Shown here: positions 13,409 through 26,339 of the stretch, piece after piece
How the letters are laid out: the number at the start of each line of letters is the position of its first letter
Numbering within the stretch: position 1 is the stretch's first letter
NCBI RefSeq assembly: GCF_009914755.1
Contig: NC_060937.1
Strand: one strand, 5' to 3'
Origin: the human T2T-CHM13v2.0 reference genome, Homo sapiens
DNA length: 64,000 bases
The notes under the pieces: generated by a model
What the model was told of the DNA's origin: nothing
Database searches by the model: none
What the model saw: only the letters and a program-made list of their open reading frames with translations
Translations under genes and position numbers: made by a program

Positions 13409-14961
13409 TATTTATTCAATTAACTTCCACTAAGTGTCTATTAAATGCCAAGTTCTGGGGAATAAAACACTGAGGGCTCTACCAGTTAAAGAAGTTAAAT
13501 TTAACGAAGGCATTTACCGCTGTTTCCTCTTTAATTCCCATTAAAATCCCAGCTAAAATCATCAACCACAAGGGCAAAGAAACTGGTGCTAAGCAGCAGT
13601 CAACAAAATGTGAAGCTAAAAAGCCAATGGAGGAGGGGAGGCTGAGATTTTAGACCAGAGACAGCTGACATCTAAGCCAGCAGAAGGGGAAACCAAGAAA
13701 CAATGTGATTTGCAACACAGAACCCCAGAAAGATTCAGGATCCACAGCAGCAGTGACTGCTAAAAGGAGGGATAAGCGCAAAGCTGAAAACAGAAAGCTG
13801 GGTTAAAAAGTGTTTAAGAAGCAGCCAGGAAAAGAATAGGGGTTTGCTCTCTGAGGAGGGTAAACCAGAAGTATTCTGGGCTGGGGAACACAGAGCACAG
13901 CTGATAGTGGTGGATAGGGTTACTACTGTGCGAAGACAAATTAGGGGAAAGTCTACTGAATGGTGAGACCTCCTCCCAGCTCCCATTTTCCCCAGGACTC
14001 CTATACTACTAGGAGTCAGGTCTGTGCTCCCCAAGAAGAAGAATGGAAGATATTAGCAGGGTGGGAATCAGATCAGCCCAAAGAAGAACTGGGGTGTCCC
14101 AATGAAACAGGCCAGCCAGACCTGGCCTGTTATTATTTGGCTGGGCTCTAGCTGCAAAGCCCAACAGGCAGCAAGCACTGACTTTGCATAAGGAACTTTC
14201 AATCAGCAACTGGATAGTTTTATTTTTAAATGTGACTAGACACCCCAGGATCACTGGATATCTGTTTAAAGTAAACCAATAGGGAGGGGAAGGGTACTCA
14301 GAAGAAATAGGGACAATGGAAGAAGGAAATGTAAAATGAAAACCTGTCATGGATATCCTCAGGGATATAATAGATTGCATCAATGAAATAAAAATAGAAA
14401 GGAACATTCAGACAACTAAAAATTAAAATTAAAAATAAAAAGAGAACTCTTAAAAATTAAAAAATTGATACTAGAGATGAAAAGATGACTAATAGAGATG
14501 TAAACAAAATTTAAAAACTCTCCAAGAAATACAACAAAATTAAGAAAAGAAAACTAGAAATGAAAAAATAAAAACAAAAACTAGAGCCTAGCCAAATAAT
14601 AAAAATTCCAGAAGAGATGAACAGGAAGAATAAAGACAAATTCAAAAAAATTTCCCACAAGAAGAATATACATTTCTGAATTATTTAGCACCCATAATGG
14701 ATTAAGATAAACCCAAACCAAGACACAGCATTGTGAAATTTCAGAATCCTGAAAAAAAAAACAAACAAACAAACACCAACACCTTCCAGAAAAGAAAAAG
14801 AACACAAAACATGCCAAGACTGGGAATCATACCCATATCAGACTTCTCAACAGCAACACTGGGAGCTAGAAGACAGTGGTGCATGCCTCCAAAAATTAAG
14901 GAGAAAATATTTACATCCAGAATTCTATACCCTACAAAATTTTAATCAAATGATGGTTTCA

Positions 14962-15640
<679 letters not shown>

Positions 15641-16349
15641 TGATGGAATAGACCAACAAAAAGAAGGAGTCATGGAAAAGAACACAGTCTCCAGGAAATA
15701 GCATCCAACAGGCACAGATAATCTCCAGGATGGTTGTAAGGGGAGGGTCCTAGTAGGAAACCTGTACAGACTGGTGTAGAATGATAGAAGGCATGTCTTT
15801 AGGAAGACAAAACCAAAAAAAATATGACATAACTATTTGAGGAGGATGAAGGCAGTATAAGTAGGGAGAGGGTAGCTCAAAAAACTAAAGCCACATCTCC
15901 AAGAGAGAAAATCTAAAACCTAAAATCTAAAAATCAAGAAATAGAAATGTAGGCATATTATATAGAGATTTGAAAGTAACTACAAAATAGAAACAGTGAA
16001 AGGTTGAAGGTGGTTGGCTGCTGGGATGGAAGGAGATGGAAAGGATGGTGGGGGGAAGACAGTAATGAACAGGGAATAGAGGATAGGGGCCTGGGAACTT
16101 TTTTTTCATAATAAGCATTGAAGAAATATTTGACTTCGAAAGGTATGTACATGTAAAACTTTGATAAAACATGACATTAAATTTTTTAAATGATACAGTG
16201 AATGCCCTCAAATGAAATCCAGATAACTTGGAGAGAAACATATTGATGCAGTGTAATAAGTGATATGAGAGAGGCATGTACATGGACTTATGGATGGAAG
16301 CCCAGTGCAAAAGTCTAAACATGAGTCAGGAGTCCCAGAGATCAGTTCC

Positions 16350-17090
16350 TAAAGGAAATGATACTGAATTTTGAAGGATGAGTAGGAGTTTGCTTGATTC
16401 AAAGGTGGGAAAGACAATCTCCAGCAATGATATGTCAAGTGTGAAATCACGAAGAAAGAGAACCAGCAAGGCATGTTTGTGCAGCTTACAAAGATACAAG
16501 TGGAGAAATAGCAGATGAGGCTATAGAGAGGTCAGATCATTAAGGCCATGTGAGTTGAGCTAAGGCCTCATATTCAATGACGGATTGGTTCTAAGCAGAG
16601 GATGATGTGAGTAGAATGAATTGATGAGACCTGGAGAGAGAGAGAGAGAGAGTAAAGAAGCCAATCTGGAGACTATTGCAGTATGTCCTCCAAGAAGTAG
16701 GACTAATGTGTGGGAGTTGTAAGGCAGATAATGAATTGCAGTTATTGAAGGACAAGGTGGAGGGCTGAAAATAGAGAAGAGACAGTGACAGCTCCTGGGC
16801 AGCTTCTGATGAGGGTGACTGAGGGAAGAGGTGACATTCAAGACAAGGAATCTAGGAGGAGAAACAGATTGGGAGGGAATACAATCCAAACACATTGACT
16901 TTGAGTTGCCCATAGGATGTTCAAGTAGAGATGCTCAATAGGCAGTTTGGCACCTGTGTTTGTGGTTCAGTGGAGGGATGTGCTAAATTCACCATCACAC
17001 AGGTGGCAGCCAAAAGTATCCACATGAGAGAAGTCACTCAGAGGAAGAGGACAGAGTAAGAAAAAAAGGAGGCCAATGATGGATTCATGG
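16350..17090 (-). mobile_element. L2 LINE fragment
   Basis: Purine-rich antisense L2 motifs (gaaggatgagtaggagtt; ggagactattgcagta; gtagagatgctcaataggcagtt). Confidence 0.7.
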
Positions 17091-17095
17091 GCAAT

Positions 17096-17496
17096 TGCTA
17101 TGGTTTGAATGTTTTCATCCCCTTCATAATAATTCATATTGAATCTTCATTCCCAATGCAACAATATTAAGAGGTGGGGCCTTTAAGAGGTGATTATGCC
17201 AGGAGGGGTCCTCCCTCATGAATGGAATTAAGACCCTTATAAAGAGGCTTCATGCTGCCTTCAGTCAGCTTGCCTTCTGCCCTGTGAAGACACACCATGT
17301 GTACTCTCAGCGAGGTGCAGCTTGTCTTGGATGGTGCCATCTTGGAAAACAGCAGCCCTCACCAGACAACCAAACCTGCTGGCATCTTGATCTTGGACTT
17401 CTCAGCTTCCAAAACTCTGAGAAAATACATTTCTGTTCTTTATAAGTTACCCAGTCCCTGGTGTTTTGTTACAGCAGCACAAAACGGATTAAGACA
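17096..17496 (+). mobile_element. MSTC/MSTD-like MaLR solo LTR
   Basis: TGCTATGGTTTGAATG...TAAGACA termini; TSD GCAAT/GGAAT. Confidence 0.85.
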
Positions 17497-19404
17497 GGAA
17501 TACTGTCTTCTAGTCAGTAGGTAAAGAAAAAGGAGTCACAGAAAGCTAATGCATGATTCATATTTATTCAAATCCACGAATCCCTCAAGAGATTGGGATT
17601 TCATTGCCCTAAATACCTTTCTTCTATTCTTCAGAATCCATAGTTTCCCTGAGCTCAAGCCATTTAGGAAAAGAAAATGAATGCAACCTCTTTTCCCTTT
17701 GGACTGTAAAATATATAGAATGAAAAAAAGCAAAAAATGACTCCTGTGTATATGGGCAACTGAATAGATTATGAGCACAGGAAGTCCAAGAAGACTTGCA
17801 TGATGAGCACAGAAAGTTCAAGAAGAAGAGTGATTTGGTAAGAAGATTAAGTTCCATTTTTGGCAAAAACTGGCAGTGGTTAAGGTCAGGACTACAAAGA
17901 AAGCTTATTATCTTCATCATACCATGAACATGACCTATGCAGATCACAGCACATATTCTCCTATGGAATTATGCAGTATAGCATAGCAATCTTTGATTTT
18001 AGCATTTAAAAAGAAATCAACTTGAAGCTATCTTTTCTTACTTTAATGGCAAGTGCCCCATATGTGACAAGTGAACTCAGTCTTCCCATTTTGAGAAAAC
18101 TTTAAATTCCCTGCTGACAGGTAGTGACGCAGTTAATCATACCAACACATACAAGTGGTCTAATTGGGCTTGTTGCCTTTTAAAACAATTCTAAAAGTTT
18201 TTACTAAAATATCAGGTTGAATAGCTGACCTAAGTCAAGTGGGCATTACTTGGCCTTTGATCCACCCATTGGACACTTCTCCCTTGGAGAGTATAATTAG
18301 ACTGACAGACGTTTTAGCAAATCCGCTCCTACCTCAGACATCTCTTTCCCTTCCTTTGTAGCAGTGGTTTCATGAAGGTGCATGGGAGGAAAGAAAATAA
18401 GAGAAGAACTGAAGGGGGAAAAAAAAGATCATGAAACTATCCAATATTCCTTGGCATTTATCAGAATAATCAGAAACAATCAACAAACATAAACTAAATG
18501 TGATGGCTTGCGTTATCAGTAAGGAAAGACATCCAACATCCTCTACCCTAGTGTTAGATGGTATGTTACTTTTCCAGTGAGGCATTAAACCAACAGCCTC
18601 AAGAAAAAGAATGAGGAACTCTGTATTTTAGACTAACTTTAGCCAGCATATAATATAACCCTAGGCAAATCATTTTTCCTCGCTCAGAAACCAGAGTTCT
18701 AAAATAAAGATTATAATAAAATTGACCCTGTTCATAGTAAGGTTGTTAGGATTAACTTAGAAATAATTACACAATTACTTGGCAAATATTGTATTAGATC
18801 AGAATATGTAACTCCAGGCAACATATCTTTGCAGTGGAAATAAAGTTTGATATCTCTAGGACTGTTCATCATTGTCATAAAGAGAATGGAATACAAATAA
18901 GATAGCAAATATGAAAGATATCCTTAATGAGTTCATTTGTATTAATGGATTACATTGTTCAAATCACCACACAAATCAACAAAACTTCAGTTGAATGTAC
19001 CAGGTCACATGCCAAATTCAGACAGAATTTTTGAAAATATATTTTATGCTTTTCACCAAATAAATTAATGTCCATATTAGAAATTCAGGTATAGAATACT
19101 GTATCAGACAGAATACCAACAGAAAACAGAATCCAACTCAAGTGGTTCAAGGAATGTTCATAAAATGTGGACGGGGATAAGGAACTGATAAAAGATGTTA
19201 AAGTACCTAGAAACTAACTACAAAAAAAAAGGAGTTACCACCCTTGGCCTGAAGGGGAGGTAATACATTTTAGAAACTCATTGAGAATGGAAGCCATGGA
19301 ATAGAGCCTGCAGGAGGGAGTGTAGTTGAGGGATATGAATTTTGTCACATAACTCAGCTCAAAGCAGAGAAGACAAAGCCCCAAACCACAAAGCTCTCCC
19401 ACCT

Positions 19405-21968
19405 TGTATTAGGCTGTTCTCGCATTGCAATAAATACCTGAGACTGAGTATTTATAAAGAAAAGAGGTTTAATCGGTTCATGGCTCTACAGGCTACACAG
19501 GAAGCATGATGCTGGCATCTGCTCAGCTTCTGGGAAGATCTCAGGAAACTTACAATCATGGCAGAAGGTGAAGGGGGAGCACACACAACACATGGTCAGA
19601 GTAGGAGCAAGAGAGAAGGGGGAGGTGCCATGCACTTTTAAACAAGTGGATCTCATGAGAACTCACTATAGCAGTGACAGCACCAAGGGGAGATGGTATT
19701 AAACCATAAAAAACCACTCCCATAATCCAATCACTTCCCACCAGGCCCCACCTCCAACACTGGGAATTACAATTCGACATGAGATTTGGTGGAGACACAG
19801 ATCCAAACCATATCATTCTGCCCCTGGCCCTCCAAACCTCATGTTTCTCACATTGCAAAATACAATCATGCCTTCCCAATAGTCCCACAAAGTCTTAACT
19901 TATTCCAGTATTAACTCAAAAGTTCAAAGTCTTATCTGAAACAAGGCAAGTCCCTTCTACCTACGAGCCTGTAAAATCAAAAACAAATTAGTTACTCCCA
20001 AGATACAATGGAGGTATGGGTATTGAGTAAATACTGCCATTCCAAAAGGGAGAAATTGGCCAAAACAAAGGGGCTACAGGCCCCATGCAAGTCTAAAACC
20101 TAGCAGGACAATTATTAAAACTTAAAGCTTCAAAAATAACCTCCTTTAACTCCATGTCTCACATCCAGGACACACTGGTGCCAGGAGTGGGCTTCCAAAG
20201 CCTTGGGCAGTTCCACCTTGTGGCTTTGCAGAGTTTAGCCTCCATGGCTGCTGTCATGAGCTGGGGTTGAGAGCTTGGGGCTTTTCCAAGCACAGGGTGC
20301 AAGCTGTCAGTGGATCTACCATTCTGGGGTCTGGAGTACAGTAGCTCTCTTCTCACAGTTCCACTAGGCAATGCCCCAATGGGGCCTCTGTGTGGGGGCT
20401 CCAAACCCAGTTTTCCTTTCTGCACTGCCCTCATAGAAGTTCTCCATGAGGACTCCACCCCTGCAGCAGCTTCTGCCTGGACATCCAGGCTTTTCCATAC
20501 ATCTTCTGAAATCTAGGCAGAGGCTCTCAAGCCTCAACTCTTACATTTTGTGCACTTGCAGGCTTAACACCACGTGGAAGCCATCAAGGCTTATGGCTTG
20601 CACCCTCTGAAGCAGCGGCTCAAGCTGTACCTGAACCCCTTTGAGCCATGGCTGGAGCTGGAGCAGCTGGGATGCAGGGAACAATGTCCTGAGGCTGCAC
20701 AGGGTAGTGAGGCCCTGGACCTAGCACACAAAATCATTCTGTCCTCCTAAGCCTTCAGACTTGTAATGGGAGGTGTTGCCATGAAGGTCTCTGAAATGCC
20801 TTCAGTCTATATGAGCATAGACTGTTAGAAGCAGCAAGGCTACATTTTGAATGCTTTGCTGCTTAGATATTTCTCCCACCAGATACCCTGAATCATCATT
20901 TTCAAGTTCAAAGTTCAACAGATCCCTAGAGAAGGGGCACAATGCAGCCAAGTTCTTTGCTAAGGTGTAACCAAAGTGACCTTTGCTCCAGTTCCCAATA
21001 AGTTCCTCATTTGCATCTGAGACCTCCTCAGCCTGGACTTTACTGTCCATATCACTATCATCATTTTAGTCATAGATATTCAATCAGTCTCTAGGAAGTT
21101 CCACACTTTCCCTCATCTTCCTTTCCTTCTGAGTTCCCCACACTCCTCCAACCTCTGTCTATTACCCAGTTTCAAAGTTACTTCCACATTTTCATGTATA
21201 TTTATAGCAACATCCCACTCCTCAGTACCAATTTTCTGTATTAGTCCAATTTGCATTGCTAGAAATACCTACGGCTGTGTAATTCATAAAGAAAAGAGGT
21301 TTAGGCCAGGCACAGTAGCTCAAACCTGTAATCCAAGCACTTTGGGATGCCGAGGCAGGCGGATCACTGAGGTCAGGAGTTTGACCAGCCTAGCCAACAT
21401 AGCGAAACCCCGTCTCTACTAAAAATACAAAAATTAACCAGGCATGGTGGCAGGAGCCTGTAATCTCAGCTACTCAGGAGGCTGAGGCAGGAGAATTTCT
21501 TGAACCCAGGAGGTGGAGGTTGCAGTGAGCCGAGATCGTGCCACTGCACTCAAGACTTGGCAACAGAGCAAGACTCCATTTCAAAAAAAAAAAGAAAAAG
21601 AAAAATAATAAAGAAAAGAGGTTTAATTGGCTCGTGATTTCACAGTCTGTACAGGAAGCATGATACTGGCATCTGCTCAGCTTCTGGAGAGGCATCAGGA
21701 TACTTACAGTCATGGTGGAAGGTGCAGGGGGAACACACACATCACATGGCCAAAGCAGGAGCTAGAAAGAGGGAGGGAGGTGCCACAGAGTTTTAAACAA
21801 CCAGATCTCACAAGAACTCACTATTGATGACAGCACCAAGGAGGATGGTGGTAAGCCATGAGAAACCACCTCCATGATCCAATCAACTTCCACCTCAGCC
21901 CTACCTCTAACATTGTGAATTGCAATTTGACATGAGATTTGGTGGAGACACAGATCCAAACCATGTCA
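19405..21968 (-). mobile_element. Two-LTR MST (MSTA/MSTB) MaLR element: LTR 19405-19815, internal region 19816-21236, LTR 21237-21968
   Basis: Two similar LTRs (TGTATTAG...CCATATCA/CCATGTCA on +) flank ~1.4 kb of MST-int-like sequence. The ORFs at 20159-21050 are decayed internal-region frames. Confidence 0.92.
21304..21610 (+). mobile_element. Alu (AluS) inserted in the MST LTR
   Basis: TSD ATAAAGAAAAGAGGTTTA on both sides. Confidence 0.96.
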
Positions 21969-21981
21969 CATCATTTATCTC

Positions 21982-22363
21982 TTTTTTTTTTGAGACCGAG
22001 TCCCATCTTGCATCATTTATTTATTTATTTATTTATTTATTTTTTATTTTTGAGACCGAGTCTCACTCTGTCGCCCAGGCTGGAGTGCAGTGGCACAGTC
22101 TCGGCTCACTGCAACCTCCGCCTCCTGAGTTCAAGCGATTCTCTTGCCTCGGCCTCCTGAGTAGGTGGGACTAATTGCCTCAACCTCCTGAGTAGGTGGG
22201 ACTACAGGCGCATGCCACCATGCCCGGCTAATTTTTTGTATTTTTAGTACAGGCGAGGATTCACCGTGTTAGCCAGGATGGTCTCAATCTCCTGACCTCG
22301 TGATCCACCTGCCTCGGCCTCCCAAAGTGCTGAGATTACAGGCGTGAGCCACCATGCCTGGCC
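21982..22363 (-). mobile_element. Alu with duplicated tail junction and internal duplication
   Basis: Antisense Alu, TSD CACATCATTTATCT. ttttgagaccgagtc occurs twice; cctcctgagtaggtgggacta occurs twice. Confidence 0.93.
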
Positions 22364-22383
22364 CCACATCATTTATCTTATTC

Positions 22384-22591
22384 ACATTTTATTCAATATT
22401 TCTATTTTATTATAAAACCTCTGCTTATTCAGATCTCTAAATACTAGTGCCACTGCCTTTGCATGGCAATCAGTAGATTACAGTCTTACACAGTTGGTGC
22501 ACAGTTCAGTATGTTCACGAACTAAATACAAATTCAAGATAACAGCATAATTGGGCTAATTTTGAGAAGCAAATATATTAGTATTAAACAT
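22384..22591 (+). repeat. Inverted repeat, left arm
   Basis: Reverse complement of 24127-24333; core 22444-22573 has 6 mismatches in ~130 bp by manual alignment. Confidence 0.95.
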
Positions 22592-23009
22592 CAGTACTAA
22601 GCCCTAGTCATTGCATTAAGGAATACAAAATCGCTATTTCTTAGGAAGACAAAGTCTTGGGTTCAGATATTAGCTATTACACTCCTTAACCTCCAGTTTT
22701 CTGCTGGTGCTTCCCATTGGTTTAGTTTAACCCAAACAGAAGCCAGGGGGTGATGAGATGCAGCTCATAGGGTCAGCCTTCTAAAACACAGAGAAGAATT
22801 CACAGATCAGATCTGAGGGGTGGAAAATGGAGAGTAACCAGCATAAATATAATCCCCAGAATTTTGAATACACCCTACCAACCCAGCTTTAAAAATAAAA
22901 TGTATGTGCTCCTTTTAACTTATTCAGGAATCACTGAAATATCTTACTCTACATTATTCTTATGGTGATCCCAATGGGCAAGAAATTCAATATGAACCTG
23001 GGGTTTGAT

Positions 23010-23470
23010 TATTATGCATTTGACTGCAAGTAACAGAAACCCTATTCCAGTTTAAATAAGTAGCGTTCACCCATGAGAATCTTGGACATAGTGGGTTGCT
23101 GGCATTGCCAGCAGCTCAAAGACATCAAGGCCAGAGTTTGCTATGCTCTGGGCTGTTACCTGATGCACTTCACCTCAAGGTCACAAGATAGCTGCTGCAG
23201 CTCCAGAAGAACATGCCTTTAGGGAAACAGGAAGCTAGAAAAGGGATAAACAGTGCCAGCTGCATCTGTCTCTTTTTATCAGGAAAGCCTCAAAACCTGG
23301 GACAAATTCCGTCTTTATTTCATTGGCTACAACTGCAACACACTCCTAACTGCAAAAAAGGCTTCATAAGCAAGTATTTAGGGGAATGTTCCTGCCCTTG
23401 ATAAAAATCTGGCTTCTGACAGCAAGGAGGAAGTGGGGAGATATTTAACAGGCAGCTGCAAGTGTCCACC
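23010..23470 (-). mobile_element. MLT1 (J/K/L-type) MaLR LTR
   Basis: gactgcaagtaacagaaacc start; aagatagctgctgcagctcca; ttcattggc motifs. Confidence 0.6.
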
Positions 23471-23661
23471 AGAGTTAAATATCATTTAAATATTTTATGG
23501 TTTGTTGCATTAGATAGTCAAAGGAAGCCTTTTATTACTCATTAAATATTAGATAAGAAAAAGCAATGTTCAGTCACTCTTTTGCTTCTGTAATGGATGA
23601 GGCAAAGAGATAGTGAGTCTGTGCTCTAAAAGTCCTTGCCCTGTCAACTACCATCAACCCA

Positions 23662-23984
23662 TTTTTTTTTTTTTTTTTTTTGAGACGGAGTTTTGCTCTT
23701 GTTGCCCAGGCTGGAGTACATGGCATGATCTCGGCTCACCGCAACCTCTGCCTCCCGGGTTCAAGTGATTCTTCTGCCTCAGCTTCCCAAGTAGCTGAGA
23801 TTACAGGCATGTGCCACCATGCCCGGCTAATTTTTGTATTTTTACAAAATAATATTTTTACAAAGTAGAGATGGGGGTTTCTCCATGTTGGTTAGGCTGG
23901 TCTCGAACTCCCGACCTCAGGTGATCTGCCTGCCTTGGCCTCCCAAAGTGCTGGGATTACAGGCGTGAGCCACTGTGCCCAGCC
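23662..23984 (-). mobile_element. AluSp-like
   Basis: gagttttgctcttgttgcccagg and ctcaccgcaacc diagnostics; ~20-bp insertion in the A-rich linker. Confidence 0.95.
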
Positions 23985-24126
23985 AGCCCATTTCTTACAG
24001 CAGCTAGGAGAACCGACTCAAACAAAAACAGCTAATGTCTCAACTCGAACTAGGTTCTGTCTTTTTTGGAATAACTGTTTTATGTTCCTCAATCCTATTC
24101 ATTACGAAGGCTTATATTTAGGATTA

Positions 24127-24333
24127 ATGTCTAATACTAATGCATTTGCTTCTCAAAATTAGCCCAATTATGCTGTTAACTTGAATTTGCATTTAGTTCG
24201 TGAACATACCGAATTCTGCACCAACTGTGTAAGACTGTGATCTACTGATTGCCATGCAAAGGCAGTGGCACTAGGATTAGGAAATCTGAATCATCAGAGG
24301 TTTTATTATAATTAGAAATATTGAATAAGATGT
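24127..24333 (-). repeat. Inverted repeat, right arm
   Basis: Reverse complement of 22384-22591. Confidence 0.95.
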
Positions 24334-25099
24334 CCCTAAATGAATCATTTTGATCAGTTACAAAAGATAACAAGCCACAGACCAAGAGATTACACTCCAA
24401 TTATTGTCTTATATTCAGTGATCCTACTGCTTGTGTTAATGAGTAGCTGCCAAGCAATAGTCATTGAACAGGGACAGGAAGCATAGAAATCACATTCCAG
24501 ATTTGGCTATGGCAGTAATTTATCCCACTTGTGCATACCCAGCATGGTGTGTGACCTTGAGTTGCTGTTATTTCGGTGGATTTTGTCATTGGTGGTTTTT
24601 TTTTTTTTTAACCTTTGTTTTATTCTGCATTACATTTCATCTATTATTCATGTGAATCTTGGAGTAAAGCTAATCTTCCTTCCACATCACCTTTTTCTGT
24701 CACACTCCCTTTCTGGCCACCTCTGCCCCAGAGCACTCCTGATGGAAGCGTTTGTTATACAACTAGGCTACAACATAAACCTTACCCTGGGTCACAAAGC
24801 GGAAGAAAAATCATATTTTGAAGTACAGAATTTAACATCTGAACAATTCTGGTATGTCTAAAACATTCAGACAATGTTTCAAAGGCACCTGATGTAAAAC
24901 ACTGAGTAATATTCAATTGTGTAAGACTATTTCATGTTTTAGTTAATCAGTATTGTAGAAATATAACAGAAAAAGATTTCATCGTCATAGTGAACCACGG
25001 TAGACTACAGGCAATAGCTCTTGTGATACCTTAAAAAATTAAGTTTGAATTGGGATTGGATGACCATGAAGGTCAGTCCTCAACACATTATGGACGAGA

Positions 25100-25425
25100 A
25101 TGCCTCTGGCAGCTCCTGTGATTCTTCCTTAAAAAACAGCTGGTAGGACATGCCACTGTTTGCCCTTTTTAAACTTTTCATCCTTTCCTCCATCTTGCTA
25201 TGGAGAACATGTCAGGAGTTCTTGGCACCATCTTGGATGGTGAGGATGAAAGTCACACCTTGGGAATGATGGGGAGGTTAACTGGAAGGAGCCTGCATCT
25301 CTGAGCTGGACTGGGCTTCTACTCAGGAACCTCTATGTGAAAGAGAAGCATGCTTCTATCTTGTTGAGCCACTCCTGCTGTGGATATTTTCTATACATGC
25401 CCCAACCCAATGCTAACAGATACAG
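25100..25425 (+). mobile_element. LTR16-like ERVL LTR fragment
   Basis: caccatcttggatggtgaggatgaaagtcacacc...tgctaacagataca. Confidence 0.5.
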
Positions 25426-25429
25426 CTCA

Positions 25430-25690
25430 GGTAATAACAATAATGACAGCTAAAATGTATTGACCTCTTACTTTGTCAGATATTGTGCTAAGGACTGTAT
25501 TTGCAGTATTATCTTTAATCCTCATAATGACTCCAGGAGGCACATACTATTATTGTCCTTAGTTAGTTTACAGAGGAGAAAACTTGAAGTTTAGGAAGTT
25601 AACTAACTTACCAAGGGGGTGCAGCCAGTAAGTGGTTGAAATGGATTCAACCCCAGCATATGACTCCAGAACCCATGCTCTAAACATTAA
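25430..25690 (-). mobile_element. MIR (near full length)
   Basis: Antisense MIR from atgacagctaaaatgtattga to tgactccagaacccatgctct. Confidence 0.8.
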
Positions 25691-26339
25691 CCATGGTGGA
25701 AAATATCTTAGTAACTTTGACTCATGGTTCCTCTGTACAATCCATTCATCTCAATTCAAGCAATATTTTTGTCTCATTTTTTGGACCTTCCTGCCTTCTA
25801 AACATCCTACCTGCTAAACAAATGCTTACTTTAATAAGTTACAACACCCTGTGTTATCCAAGGTTAAGGAAGAGAGGGATGACATTTATTTTGATGAAGT
25901 ATGTATATAATTGGCTGTGCTTTGCACCAAAAGGCATAATTTCATTTTCCTTACTGATGCACAATGGGAAAAACGAAGTAAAAGAGACAACATCTTGAGG
26001 AATGATTCAGTCAGGAGGGATGTGGCTAGAGGATAATCTGCAGCCAGTATTGTTCCAGTGCAATCCTCCACACTGTAATATTTAAAGTGCTTTATAGGTC
26101 AGCAGCTACAGAAAGAAAGAAAGAAGCTAAGAAATGCAGAATGAAGACAGCCTCGCCAAAATTAACCAGAACAAGTTTTGGTGGACTAGACCAGGATACT
26201 GTTGTTTCTCCATTAGGACAATATATTCATTATCATTTCCAGCCTAGCATAAATTTCTTTCAGGCTCTTCCTGGATTTTTGACAAAAGCATGAAAATGTC
26301 TTTGGTTTCCAACAACGATATGTTTTTCCTTTATCAATT

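Larger units (their letters stand above)
19100..22843 (-). mobile_element. LTR33-like (ERVL) LTR split into two halves (19100-19404 and ~22680-22843)
   Basis: Minus-strand start TGCTGGTTACTCTCCATTTTCCACCCCTCAGATC...CCAATGGGAAGCACCAGCAG and end TCTGTTTTCTG...TCTGATACA resemble the recalled LTR33 consensus. Confidence 0.55.
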
